Source of the DNA: Mytilus californianus
Taxonomy: Eukaryota
Length of the DNA stretch: 64,000 nt
Assembly (NCBI RefSeq): GCF_021869535.1
Contig: NW_026262723.1
Location: 73,222,001 to 73,286,000 of the forward strand
Reading direction: 5' to 3'
The position numbers were made by a program, and so were the translations under genes. A model generated the notes under the pieces. It was not told the origin of the DNA. It made no database searches and saw nothing but the letters and a program-made list of their open reading frames with translations. This document shows positions 11,644-26,400 of the stretch, piece by piece. Every line of letters begins with the position of its first letter. Within the stretch, counting starts at the first letter, position 1.

Positions 11644-13522
11644 ACCATATTTGTAATATTTTATCATTTTTTCAGTCGACAGTAATGTGAAGAGATAAAT
11701 TCTGTATGCTATATACTAAATAAATGGACTCTTGTGATATATAAATATTCTTTATGTATCATCAACTTTCCTATGTTGACAATACGAATGAAACAAAGAA
11801 AAATACTATGGTCCTTACTTTTTCTCATCGATTATATCAAAAGAACTTTTTACTTTCTTGTCAAACAGTTATATCTTCATATCTAGAATCTTGATGTTGC
11901 TATTAATGAATAAAGAAAAAATCGACAGGATGTAAGATCATAAGTTTTCATAACTATTGTCATTTCAATGTACTTATATTTTGGCATTGTAAAAAGTCAT
12001 GCTATTCTCAGACTGCTAATGGCGTCTTTTCACTAAATCCAGTGGGATGTGTATAGATTAATACTCAAGTCTGGGAGAACATTATTTAAGAAATAATTCG
12101 TTAGGCATTATATTTGTCAATATCTTTATAAATATCTTTATACCGAGCAATAGCAAGGTGTTAAATATTGACAAATATAATGCTTACCCATGTTAAAATG
12201 AGCATAAAGCATGGCATGATAGAATTATATCGATTCTGATATATTTAGGAATATTTAGAACGTTTGATCTTCGAAGCGACCTATAATACACATTCAAAAG
12301 GCAGCCATATTGATTTGGTGAACCAAAAACGTTATCAAAAATCAACAGTTGAACGATAAAAAAATTAACATATATACGTAACTTTACTTTTAGAATGATT
12401 TTATTTAATTTCCTAGCGAGCAACACCAACAAAACTTTCCATTTCGACCTCCAGCGTTGTTCAAACTACAACTGACGTTGCAATTTCAATTTGTTGTCGT
12501 AATTTTTTTTAGTTTATTGTTTGAAATAAATCAGCATAAATCATGCCGCTGATTTCCTCGTTTGAATTGTATCACATTATGTCATGTCAGGACCTTTTAT
12601 AGCTGACTATACTGTATGGGTGTTGATCATTGATGAAGGCCATATTTTGACCTGCATGCAGTTGCTTACATCCAAGTCATTTCGACTCTAGTTGATAATT
12701 GTCTCATTTACAATCATACAACGTCTCCTTATTTTCATATACTAGTAAATAAGAAAACTTTTTAGTGGATTAAACATATTTTTCCCCTTCATCTATCAAA
12801 GTCACCTTGGTAAAGGAAAGTCACAACAAACACATTCTAGTTTGTGATATATTTAAACAATTCAAGAAATGGCACACCTGGAAAAGAGAGGCGAATGAAA
12901 CCAAAGGGAAAATCAACACAACTTGGAACATAACCTGGAAATGTTTAATCTGGCAATCAGCTCAGTCTTTGGTTTTCTATGTTGTGTTTTGGGTGCTGTT
13001 GTGTGTCTGTTGGTCTTTTTCTTTATTAGCCATGCATGGAGTTGTCAGTTTATTTTCGACTTATGAGTTTGAATGTCCCTTTGGTATTTTTCGCCTCTAC
13101 TTTGTGAATAGATTTGACAGATTTTCAAAGATCTGCCGTCAACACTTAATCGACGAGGTTCTTGTATTTGGACTGACCCATAAACGAGAAGGGTGGGCAA
13201 GCTACTTCGTAGATTTGTTTCGTTTCTTATACATCCTTGGCTTTACAATATTTGGCATTAAGCGTTCCTGATGAAGGTTAATCCAGAAAAGCGCTTCAAA
13301 CGCATGAAATTTATAACATGTTTTCAATTTTTATTTAGTACTAAACCATCCCCTTTTATCTGTTTTAATCATTTTTTTAAGGCAAACAAAATGATTAAAA
13401 TAACTGAAACAGTTTTCAATGTTTGATAGAAACTTCACGACAACCATTCATTTAATAACATATTTAATAAATAAATAGCAAGAACACAGCAGATCATTCT
13501 ATAAATTATAACAGTTTACATT

Positions 13523-14594
13523 TCATGTTGATTGTTTTTTATCACTAGGACAAAATCTCATATCTGGCGTTGATCTTTGATACCATTCTGTCCATGACCC
13601 ATCGTATACGGACACATCTTCTTTCCCACACAAATAGGCAGCAAATGTCGTGCAACAAGCAGTTACACCTAAAACAGAAGTAATACATATATATGTCACT
13701 TACATTTGAAAAATTATTTTCCATTTACATGTAAACGGTACCTGCAATATAACCTTGAAAGCAAAGATTATGACCCTAGATGACAGATAACGACTCTTTT
13801 CGTTGGACGGTTCATGAACAGCTCTTAACTTCTTAGATTTTATATTTGACTGTCCTTATACTTTTTAAAATTACAAGTCAAATATAATTGCAAAAAATAT
13901 ATGCTTCTTTGAAAAAAAAGTAAAACAACATTTAATAAATTTCATGCGTCTGGTGAGCTTTTCTAGACTTACCTTCATCGGGAACGCTCAAAGCCGAATA
14001 TTCAAAAGCCAATGATGTATATGAACCGAAAAAGTTGAGGAGCTACATGACCAAAAAAATAGCCAAATCCATCTAAGGTCAATTTTCCCTGAGGTAGTTG
14101 TAACTTTAGTTTCTTTATAAGTTCAAAATTTATAATCAGACAATTTTAGGAATGTATCTTATTTGGGTTACATGCGAAATCAGGCCATGACCCTTGAAGG
14201 CATACTAGTATATCGATAGATTCAATAATTGTCTTTATTATTTTACAAGGATACACATCCTTGTTTTTTATAACTAAATGCTCACATATGTCTGAATATC
14301 TCGCTTGGCAGTCATATCTACATTTACATGTTGCTAGATTGTTTACCTTCAAATAGACTTCGTACAGAAAATATTCCCCTAAATGAAAGCAATTGGTAAA
14401 AAAGTTCTGAAGAAGAAAAAAAAATTCTCTAATGAAGCCACCGCCGAATATGAATGCATCTGATGCTCTATAACATTCCTCGCAGGCAAAAGATACCAAT
14501 AAAATAAGAATAGTTATGAACCACACAAGGAACTATTCTATTTTGTTGCTTTCAATTGGTTTACCAGTTCTCAAGAAGAAGTTATTCCTTTCAG

Positions 14595-14630
<36 letters not shown>

Positions 14631-17600
14631 TTCTCCACCCAAAACAAATATAAGTGTTGGCAATAGAGGTCATGTTTGTTATCCGATCGGAACAACATTA
14701 CAATATAAAAATAAAATGCTCCGCTGGGCGCAGCTTGATACGACCACAGAGGTCGAACCCTGAACAGTTGGGGCAAGTATGGACACAACATTCAAGCTTG
14801 ATACAGCACTGAATTTGGATTGTGATTAAATATTTGACACAGCATATATATAGGTTTCTGACACAGAATGAATGTGGTCTAAGAACTTAAAAATTTTTGA
14901 TTTACCTATTTAAACCATATCATTATTATTTGCTTTTATATATAAATCAAAAATAACCAATTTAAAATGGGAAAATTTTAAAGAAAAAAAAGGGGAAAAA
15001 AAATCCCCTCCCAATTTTTTGAACCCCCTTATGATTCATCACCCCCAAACTCAATCCCAGCTTTCCCTTTGTGGTATGGTACCTTGCAGTACAATTTCAG
15101 AGAGATCCATACACTTGAACACAAGTTATTGTCTGGAAACTAGAAAAATGCTTGATTTTTTGGCCCCAAATTCCTAAACGTTTCAGGCAATTACCCGCAA
15201 ACTCAAACCCAGCTTTCCCTTTGTGATATGGAACCTTGTAGTACAATTTCATAAAGATCCATACACTTACACACAAGTTATTGTCCAGAAACTAGAAAAA
15301 TGCTTGTTTTTTGCCCCTTTTTGGCCCCTAATTCCTAAAATTTTAAGGAAATTACCCCCAAAATCAATCCCAGCCTTCCATTTGTGGTATGGTACTTTGC
15401 AGTACAATTTCAGAGAGACCCATACACTTGAACACAAGTTATTCTCTGGAAATTAGAAAAATGCTTATTTTTGGCCCCTTTTTGGCCCCTTATTCCTAAA
15501 CCTTTCGGGCAATTACCCCAAACTCAATTCCAGCTTTCCTTTTGTGATATGGAATCTTGTAGTACAATTTCAGAAAGATCCATACACTTACACACAAGTT
15601 ATTGTCATGAAACTAGAAAAATGCTTTTTTGCCCCTTACATGGCCCCTAATTCCTAAAATTTTGAGGCAATTACCCCCAAAATCAATCCCAGCATTCCCT
15701 TTGTGATATGGAACCTTGTGGTACAATGTGAGAGAGATCCATACACTAACACACAAGTTATGTCTGGAAGATACAAAAATGCTTATTTTTGGCCCCTAAT
15801 TCCTTAACTGTTGGTACCATAACCCCCAAAATCAATCCCAACCTTCCTTTTGTGGTATTGAACCTTATGGTAAAATTTCATAGAGATCCATTCACTTAAA
15901 CTAAAGTTAGAGTGCGAAAACCAATGTGTCTTCAGACGACGACGCCAACGTCATACCAATATATGACCGCTTTTTTTGCGGTCGTATAATAAGGAGATGT
16001 GGTATGATTGCCAATAAGACAACTAAACTAACCACCAAAGTTCAAATGAAGTGGGTGTAAACTCATTTAACTATTAAATTAAGTTCGGTCTAATTTGCCA
16101 CTATCGTCAGGGAAGGAAGTCAGCTTATAATTAACTACGGACGATTATTTATGGCAAAACGTCATGCAGCAATTTGGTTCGTTCGAAAAAAAATTAACTT
16201 ACCAAATAACACATTTTAATTTATATTGCATCATAAAAGTAATAGGATATTGTATTACGAACATTTTCGCTCATTACCTAGAACGTCTATAACCGGTTTT
16301 GAAGGATTCAAACATTGCTTTGCTTACTTAACATACCTGGACCATTTTTATTTTTCGGAATTTCTGTGAAATTAACTTTGCTCCGTTTTAATCTGTTAGA
16401 AATGTTCACGAGAGACAAATATTCTAAAAAAAAAAGATCCAAAGGTATTTAATTAGTTTTTAGACAAGAAATGTTTGCTTACCTGAACCACAAGTGGATA
16501 CTAATGGTTTCGATAAATCAATTCCAGTTTCATTGAAAAGTTTTTTAAGCTCTTTTACATCAAGCATAACACCGCTTTCCTTATCCACAATATTTTGGTA
16601 ACAGAGATTCTTTGTACCCGGTATATGACCAGGCTCTATACCTATAATAAAACAGAAAAGTTATTATAAAAAAAAAATGTTAACCAAATCTTTAATACAT
16701 TGACCGAATTTGATCAAACTTTGAATATCAAGATTTCCTACAGATTGTATTAGAGTGGAACTGCTTATTTCTTTTTTTATTATGTAAACCGGGACAAAAA
16801 CGAGCTATGATTTACAGGTTCCCGTCATAATTAAAATAAATAAAAGAGGTCTCGTTTAACTTTTCTTCCAGTACGCACCAGCGGTCAACTGGTCGACTAC
16901 GAGTATCCTGCCTCACTTTTGGAGTTATAACAAAGAAAATTAACATAAAATAGGTTCAATTTATATACTTGTGCAAGTAAAGACATGTCATTTAAGTTTA
17001 ACGATGGAGCTGAGCCTTGAAAGATTCAGTACTCTTACAAGAGACAGTACAGTTGTTTTGTATGATGAAGCTCTGAATGCTTTCTTGTTTTTTTTGTTGT
17101 TGAAAGGGCTTTCATTTGGTATCATTTATATAAGCTCATTTATAAATGTATTGTTTTTTATGATGTTGTTTGTCACTCCCATATTTGTCAAAGCTCTTAT
17201 CTATAATTGAATTTGATCGATACATCATTACTAATCGACTCTTTTTCTTCGTTCCAGTTCTGTATGGTCCTGGACATATGCTTTTTCTTTGGTCGACTTA
17301 TTGGAGATGTTTACATTCCATTTGAGAAAACCGATGGCACGATAGGCTTTGGAGCAGATCTTTAGTATTAACCTCATTTTAGATGTGTCGAAACAACCTT
17401 AATAACTAAATTACCTTCTCTTGGTTCCGGTTTGATTCCCATAAATCGCCCTTCTCCTCGAGCATCCATTAATTGAAATGAATTATCTTTTAAGTTTTTC
17501 TCAATATCCTTGTATGACTTTACTAAATGAGGGTGATAAAGTCCGTGGAATATTGTTTTCGGAACATGAATAACTTCCGATGTCGTCGGTAAACCCTCAG

Positions 17601-18003
17601 AGCACCATTTCATAAAACCACCATCAAGAACAGACACCATTTCATGTCCAAAAACTCTGAACATCCACCAAACTCTAGGAGCAGAAAAAAAACCGTAGTT
17701 TACACTATTATCATAAACAATAACATGAGTGCTTAGATCAATACCTAAGTTGCCTGCATACCGCTCAAAGTGTTTTATGTCTGGTAACATGTGACCGTAT
17801 GGAGAGGATTTATCACAGCATTCGTCAATATCAAAATATGACGCTCCCGGGATATGCTTTTCTTCATATTCTAGTCGACCGTTTCTGTTCGAAGATGGCA
17901 AGTGAAAAGTAGAGTCAAGAATCCTAATGTCTTTTGGAACTCCACTTTTCAAAACATTGTGCAACCATTTAGTTGTGACCAGAGCACTTGCTTTTGTCAA
18001 CAT
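13523..18003 (-). CDS. MPST: 3-mercaptopyruvate sulfurtransferase (tandem rhodanese domains), 297 aa; coding exons 18003-17415, 16641-16483, 13668-13523
   Basis: Rhodanese signatures [42 protein letters not shown]|GIEPGHIPG, active-site loop CGS|GVTA (MPST type, not the CRKGVT of TST) and VYDGSWTEW. Both introns are phase-1 GT-AG; the CDS totals 894 nt. Confidence 0.93.
14598..14627. repeat. (TA)n microsatellite
   Basis: About 15 TA units in the last MPST intron. Confidence 0.95.
14705..15989 (-). mobile_element. Helentron-type non-autonomous element, copy B, with internal ~160-bp tandem array (in the last MPST intron)
   Basis: Core repeats (gatccatacac at 15104, 15256, 15417, 15577, 15736), subterminal inverted repeat gatacgacc/ggtcgtat, end hairpin tgctccgctgggcgca and GAC microsatellite. 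Close inverted match to 43843-45137. Confidence 0.8.
16990..17350 (-). mobile_element. Decayed LINE 3' fragment in the first MPST coding intron
   Basis: The minus strand reads [20 protein letters not shown]...ELERRKR and later ESFKAQL, resembling the post-RT tail of CR1/Jockey-like LINEs. Heavily deleted. Confidence 0.45.
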
Positions 18004-20464
18004 TCTAGAAAAGAAAATACAGATGAAAGGTAAAACTGCAAATGATAAATGAAGTGAACAATTGACTTGAAATTAATGTATATCGCTCACTTTGAATTCG
18101 TTAATGTATTATACAAATAGCAATAAAGGTTGTTTCAATTGAAATGCAAGATTTCATGCTTTAAGCATCTAAATTCTATATAAACTGAAAAAGGTCTCGA
18201 TCCAGATACCATAAGACTTGAAACTGTCAAGAAACATATTCCACCATGGACAATTATTGTTCGTCTTCGTGGTTGCATATAAACTGTTGACTTCTAACCA
18301 ATTTTATAATTGTAGGATCGATAGTAGGATTGGTCCATTGTACCGTTGGACTCAACACATGCGTCACGCGGGCTGGTTACCAAATTAACGCTGACAAATA
18401 TGTTAGTACGGGAATGTTGAGTGTTGATTGCAGTTTTTGTCGTGAGTTGCACACAAAGCCCCTATCACAGTCGGCCACCACAATACCAACTGTTGAGTAC
18501 TCTGCAATTGTCGATTATAGAAAGGACATTCGCCTACCATTTTCCACTAAATATTTTGTGTTTTATGACCATTGAGCTCTTTACTCCTGTTGAATACAGC
18601 CCTCCGATGCTTAGTCGATAACCGAAGATCAAGGAAAGAATTTTCAAATGTAAAATGTTTATTTTTGGGACACCTGACGTCTTTATCATGAGTGAGCAAT
18701 TTCTACTAAATGAAAGATGGCAAGGAGATAAATAACTGATATCATTCCTTTAGTACATGGTTAAAACAGGTAAGGTAGACCTTCTAAACCCAGCACTAGA
18801 TGTCATATCGAACATGTGAGTCAATGCAGCAGAGGATCTCTCAATAGCAAATTTAAAGAATAACGACACCAGATCCGACATACATTGTCACACAGCCGCT
18901 ACTTTGTCAGATACGCTCAACAATATTAGCATATCGTTGTAAATACATGCAGAACAGATTTATTTCTATTTCTATTAGTAAAACATTTGTTTATCACATT
19001 ACATGGATAGAAACCTATGTACCAGATTATTTATTTGATAAAACGGTCAGAATCTTACTATTGTATTTATTTTGCAGGGTATTTTTGATCATTTTTTATT
19101 TAGTATTTGTTATAACCTGAGTTTGTCCAGAAATAAAACGAATCCACCTCAGAAGAAAGTATTGTGTTTTATTAGCCCTAGAAAGTGCTACTACACTTCT
19201 AACTTGTATAGTTCATCCATATTTTTTTTTTCTCTGAATGGAGGAACAAAAAATGTGGTGTACATCTGGGAACAATATATGTGTTCCTGTGTACATTTAT
19301 CGTTAAAAAATAACAGTTCTACTTTCGTAAATTGCACAACCTTTTTTCTAGTGGTCATAAAAAAGTTTTGTTTCACAGTTTTGATAGGCGTTTGCTATCT
19401 GTACATGACATACAGGTTTTGTCTTAAACCTTCAGAAATGAAACTTGAGATTCAGTTCAAACTTTAGAACAAAATATTCATGGTATAGTTAATTTTGTTA
19501 AAATTGAACTGATGGGGTGTCTCATATTACTTTGTTTTGTAAATTTAAGGACTAGTGACTACCAAAGTTTGTCATAATGAAACTATGACATTTTTTGCTT
19601 CCATGCTCGACATCTTTCCAAACTGAATTTGAAAGGAATATGAATTTGGCTTCTTCTTCTTCTTCTTCTTCCAGGTAAGGAACCGGATTCAAAATTGAAT
19701 GTTATTGGTTCCGCACGAAAAATTCTGACAGCAGATACTACAACAGAACAAAACCAAATTCTGCAGGGGGAAATGATATGTGACCATGACACAAGAGATT
19801 TAATAGTGAAGTACTGAATATCTTATTTTATCTAAATCAAGTTATACAATTGTACTAAGTCTGTTTTGAATTGTAATTTAAACCGGCGTGTTCGATCCAA
19901 CTAAGATACTTTTTTAACGTTAACGGGTACCTCAGTCAGTATGGTACTGAGACACGGCCCGTCTTTCCAGACATAAACATATCATAAGTTTCTCTCTTCC
20001 CGGGACACAAACGTTTGGTGACACCAAAAGTACAAAGTTACGTTAGGGTGTCAATTAAACAAATCGAGGCGTGTTCGATTATATTTCGGACGTGACCTAC
20101 AGGCTACACTACAGTTGACACAGTTTTGTGTCCTCTATAAATGTAAATAGGCTTTATTCGCGCAAAAAGTATGTAACTTAGCCATTCGTTTACACAACTA
20201 TCATGACTATGAAGGTGAAATATTTTTCTCACCTTTCTGAAAGACAAGAGCATTGATGAATTACTTCCCTTTTTGTTTTTGTGTACATGCATACAACATT
20301 GAAAAGAAATGTAAAATAGTATCATTAGCTTTGTAAATATTAGCTTAAAGACTATACAAAATCACAGGAGGCATGTCACTAAAATATCTTACTACTTTGA
20401 ATTAAACAAAGCAAATGTTTATAATTGATATTAACGTAAGCGACATAACTTCTTTTGTGTGAAA

Positions 20465-23400
20465 ATGTCGTCCGACGAGGAATCGGATGAAATCGAAGAT
20501 CAAGAAAAATTAGAAGAAAAAGTAGACTTTACATCGTCCAGACAGGCAAAAAAAGAAGCAAGACTTAATCAAATTATTTTCGAAAACGAACATAAAGCCA
20601 AAATAAGAAAAGTATGCAAACATTTATCACTACTTTGTAGCTACACTTACACTTTTAGTACAGACTACAGTCCAAATAAATCATATAACTTTATCAGCAC
20701 ATCAGCACAAAATGTGCACCATAATTAAGTTACCTTGTTTTGTAACCTCCGTTGCCATAAGGGTTACAAAAGTTACATTGGTTGCACACATGGGAGAAAT
20801 TAACTTTCATATTGCAATGTATTGTTTTTCCAGGTCGCAACATTAACTAACAATTATTCAGTAACATGAACATGATGAATGGGGGTCGGGATCAGGGTTA
20901 TGCATCATGATGACTGATGTACAAATTATGGTTATATTGAAATTATAATTATTTGGTTTTGAGCATTCCTGATCTTGGTAAATCCAGATGCACAAACTTA
21001 AGTGTTTTCATTTTTATATGATTGAGGTTGTTAATCATGTTAATGTTATAGTAGTTATTCTGATTAAATGACATTTTTGACCCAACTTTTGCATTTTCTG
21101 ACAAGCCTTTTGAAATTTATAATGCTTAAGATCTATAAGTAGGAAAAATGATCAGCAAGATCTAAAAATAAATAAGCATAAACAAAATCCTTAATTGTTT
21201 TCTCATCAGTGACATCACTTGCCATCTGTCCTCAGTCATTTTGTACCCCAAATGACATGTTGTAGGGGACAGAATTACACGACTGGCTTCTGTCCATCTA
21301 TCTGGTCTTAGTAAGGGCTCTCATGTGTACAATTCTTGTCAGATTTTTATTAAATTTATATAAAAAAGGTTTTTCATAAGTTATGTCCCTTAAAACATGA
21401 CCAAGGGTAAAAAAAAATATGGGTAAAATAATCATCTATCTTCCATACATGTACCTTTATAGATTGAGAAAATCTGATGGTCAAAAATGTTTATAATGTA
21501 AGAACTTCCAACTGTTCTTTTTCACCAACTTAAAAGCTGAATCACAGTGTGTGGCATGTATAAGTCAACATTGCCTAGTTGTCACCCTTGAATGACAATT
21601 TTTACATATTATTGTGGTTTTATTAAGGAACCACACATGTATATTATATAGAGAGAAGCTTTACATAACAAAATTATCAGAAGGACAATATGTACAAATA
21701 AGTCCATACTACATATAGTTTATGCACAAATACCAGTAAATATTAATGGAGTTAAAGCTTACTTAAAAAGTCTTTGATTTAGAAACAGTTGAACAATTTT
21801 GGGATTGTTTTCTATGTTAGTACCTTTAGACTTAAAGATGACTCTTGAATTTTTACAGGTTTCAAAAATATTAAAGAAAAAAGACCATGATATAACAGAT
21901 GAAGAAAAAGATATTTTAAGACAATCTCCAGAAATAACTAATAGATTGGTTAAATTAAAAGAAAGGAGAGGAACATTAAAACAAAGAGTATTAGAGGTAC
22001 TGCATCTGGTATATGTATATTGACATGTTGTTTTTATTGTATAATAATTATTTTTTCCCTTGTGCAAGAGGGTTGAGCCCAATGGCCAAGCCCATGGTAA
22101 ATGTAATTTTTAGTATGTGTACCATGCTCATTTTGACGTGGCTCATTTCTGTTTTTAACTTGCTTAACCCATAAAAGTAGTCTTAACAGTTACTTGTAGT
22201 CCATCAGTGTGCTTAATAAAACTAAACCAATAATATAAAAATAAGGAGATGTGGTATGATTGCCAATGAGACAATTCTCCACAAGAGACCAAATGACACA
22301 AAAATTAACAACTATAGGTCTTCAACAAAGAGTAAAACGTTAACCCATACCGCATAGTCAGCAATAAAAGGCTCCTAAATGACAAATGTAAAAAATTTCA
22401 AACGAGAAAACTAATGCTGGCCTGATTTATGTACAAAACATTTGGATTGGCAAAGATGTCTTTACAAGAGTTAATTACCTAAAGACATGATGTTATTGCA
22501 AATTTAGTGTACAAATAGAAAAACACCTTGTTCTTTTGTTTCTGACGGATCCATCAGGCAAAATATTTCTGGAGATCTTCTGTAATTCCATAATATTATT
22601 AACATAATTCTCAAGGAATGATTTTTATTGAAGACTGAAATAGAATTTTAGCTAGTCTTTGTACATCAAGTTTATATTTTTTTCAATTTATTTTCACATA
22701 TCTGTGTAGTGGTTACATGATTATGTATGAATGACATTTTGTTATAATTTATTTATGGATAACTGGTTTCCTTTAGAACTCTTTCAGCTTTTAAATAAAA
22801 TAGAAAGTCAACAACACTCATTTTAAGCCACTGGTTGAAAGTTAAATCTCTTGTCTTTAAAGTTTATGTTTACCTCACAGAGATCCTCTTCAGCACTTCG
22901 GCTTTAGTTGATTTAACTAAAGTAATGGTACTATAAGTTGTAACTACTTAGACAATGTTTCCAAAACACAAACTTATGATAAAAGTAGAGATAAGTTACA
23001 GCAGTGTAGTTGACAGTTGTATAATGCCCCACCAGGACAGGACTAGCATCTATGTCAAATCTACTTGATAATTGTATACAATCTTGTTCTAGATTGAAGA
23101 TCCTGTTGAGGAACTGGAGTTGAAATGTGAAGAACTAGCTGAAGCTATTAGACATTCCAATAAAGTTGTTGTATATACAGGTGCTGGTATAAGTACGGTA
23201 AGTTTCTTTCTCAGATCCCTAATATACACACTCCGATATTTAATTAGCTCTCAGTCTGTGTGGATAATTACAATAAGTTTTTTTTCCAAGATCCCTATTA
23301 CACACACTCTGACATTTACCTAGCTCTGTGTGGATAATAGAGAACAACCATAACTATACAAAATTATGTGAATTGGGGACTAGCATATTCAGATTCAGTA

Positions 23401-26400
23401 ATTATAAAGCATAGCCTTTTTAATGTTATGTAAACATGGAACATTATGTTATGTAAATGAGAAAAAATGGTATGATTGCCAATGAGACAACTCTCCAACA
23501 GAGACTAAATGACGTAGAAGTTAACAATTATAGATCACTGTATGGCCTTCAACAATGAGCAAAACTCATAATGCACAGCAACCTATAAATGGCCCCGATA
23601 TGACAAATATAAAACAATTCAAATGAGAAAACTAACGGCCTGATCTATGTACAAAACAATAATAAAAGAACAAATAGGATATACAGCAACAAAAGACAAT
23701 CACTGAATTACAGGCTCCAGACTTGGGACTTAGCTCTCTTTCAAAGGTTTATAAAAAATGGATTGTAATATGGGATATGAATCTGATGGAATTTAGTTAA
23801 AACCAAAAGCTATACTTTAAATATGAAGAAAGTAATGAAACAGCCAGTTTCACCACACAGATTGATTCATTGTTTAAAAGGACCTTTTTGATTATCTACT
23901 GTAAACCAACTTATTTTCGCGACTTTCGCGAGTAGAAAAATAATGCGAAAATAAATAGTCGCGAATATGTAAAACTTGGATCTTTCCTTATTAAACTACA
24001 TCAAGTCAATTAGAAAATTGCGAAATTAAATAGCCGTGAAGTGGACTAGAAAGGGTTAAACGCGAAATAAAGTATCCGCAAAAATAAGTTGGTTTACAGT
24101 ATTTGTTTTGTGTTGCAGTCTTATTGATGTATGCTCTACATTTTGTATTTATGAATTTCTGAATTGACCTGAAAGTAGTAAATGTACTACATGTAGAAGT
24201 CATGTACACACATTTTTCATAATAAAATTTTTACTTTATATAGGCAGCCTCTATACCGGACTACAGGGGACCAAATGGAGTTTGGACACTGCTACAAAAG
24301 GGACAACAACCCAAGTAGGTTTTCTAAAAGCTCACATAATTCAATTGTCTCCCTCTTCCATTTCTTGCAATTCAATTTTCAGCACTATGAATATACTGCA
24401 GAACTATTGAAGTGGCCACAGCTGTATGTCAGATCTTTTTCATGTTTGTAAGATTCCAAACCTTACCTGTTCAATTTCAATCATTCAAATATCTGGTACA
24501 ATTTTATTGTGTGTGTCTTTTGACCTGACAATAAATTATTGAGGATTTGTAAGATAAAGATAATAATGGCATCTTTGTCAAGATAATTACTGTAAAAAAA
24601 TCAAGTTCCAATAAATCCTGGGAGAATAAAGCATATATTGGTCATCCCACAGTAGGGGTTACAAAAATTGGGACAATGTATTGTTATTTTAAAGGGATAG
24701 TAACACAAAAAAACTGGATAAAACAGATAGTTAAAACATTTGACTATATGATATTGATTGTCAACACTCATAGTAAAGCCATTATCTTAAAGACTTACCA
24801 CATAAAATCAACCATGATTAGTAAAGCAGGCGAGACATTTCAGCTTGTTCACTTTTGTTTATCAAATTCTCTTCAATTTTGTATAAAAGCTTTCAATTAT
24901 CAAAATCTTGAAAAACTGCAATGGTTGAGGAATCAATTTTTGGGGAGGTGGGGGCTAATAAAAATATTCCATATTAATAATTTTGGAGTATGGGGTATGT
25001 GAGTTTGCTCTCTAAGAGTTCTATAGTTTTGGCTGTGGCCTCAAAAGGGTAAACACATATGAAATTCAACTGTCTCAAGAAAAGTGAGAATACCGGTACT
25101 CAGATTTCTGAAATCAGCAGAAACAATATTTATCCTTTCCCTCATTGTTCCTCTCCATATCAGATGACATTTCAAATTAAAAGAAAATAAATTTTCAGTA
25201 AATCAAAAATACATGAACTTTGAAGTTAAAATATACAGAAGAATCATACAAAATTAAATCCATTAGTATCATCAATTCTAGCATTGTAAAAAGATAGTCA
25301 TGTGGTCAACACTATTTAGAAAAAGCACTGGGCACTTTTATATTTTTAATTGTCAGATTTGATCACTACAATAGTAGAGGATCATTATGTTTATCATAAA
25401 GTTGTGGATACATCAAAAAATTATTACACATGTTCACTATAATGCAAACGTTTTAATATAAATGTTAAATTAGGATGTTGACCTAGATTTTATGGTTCAC
25501 CTATCATGATAATGTGATAGTGTGAGTGGGATTTATGTCCAAAGGTCACATATTTTTGTTTCACCTGTTATTGAATATTACAGAGCTCAAGATTTATGTG
25601 ATGCTAAACCTACATTGACACATATGAGTATCAAGAAGTTAGAAGATGCAGGGCATGTAAGTATGAAATGAGATAATTTATGAAGTAGCTGATATGGAAT
25701 TTTATTCATTTATTTAACAAAGTCATAGCAGGAATGTCATTCATTACTTTGTGAGATGTTTCTGTTAACAATATCATTCATCTTGTAGTTTCTTGTTTAA
25801 ATCTAAATGTAAAACTTTAGAGATTTAATTCTGGATTATGAGACAACGAATCAATGCAAGAACTGACAAAATACTACATTATACAAAGTATATAAAGTTA
25901 AGTCATTTGTTATGCCAGTAAAGATTTTTAACTTTTGTAGATGTGATGATGATACAGGATAATTAAAGTAGCTCTTGACCAACTCTTTTAAAAGATTCAA
26001 ACAATGTCATGGACCATAAAAACAGGTCAATTTTGATTTTGGTAGTTTTGACATTTACAGTTCAAAAGTCATGCTCCTTAGTGACCTCGAACATTGGTAT
26101 TTCTTTGGTTCCACTAGATAAATAAAATACCACATGACCAAAACTTTTAAGATTTTAACACAATGTTATGAAACATAAAATACAGGTCACATTCAGTTTG
26201 AATTTTGGTTGTAGAATTTACTGTTAAAGAGTTTTTGCAAGCAGGGTTATCAGTGATTACTAGATCCTCTTATTCCAGTTTCTTTTAACTGTTGTTTCAA
26301 AAATATGCATGAATAGTATATGAATACGAATTTGATTCATCAAAATTGATGTATTTGTTGTTTGTTAAGCATCAGTTTCAAATATTACATGTATTTTAAG

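Noticed and set aside
14146-14526. Nested secreted Cys-rich peptide in an MPST intron
   Set aside because: GTG start, low-complexity hydrophobic composition typical of AT-rich noise, no recognisable Cys array and no supporting splice structure.
19946-19960. ACTGAGACACGGCCC match to bacterial 16S rRNA
   Set aside because: Only 15 nt with non-matching flanks; treated as chance.
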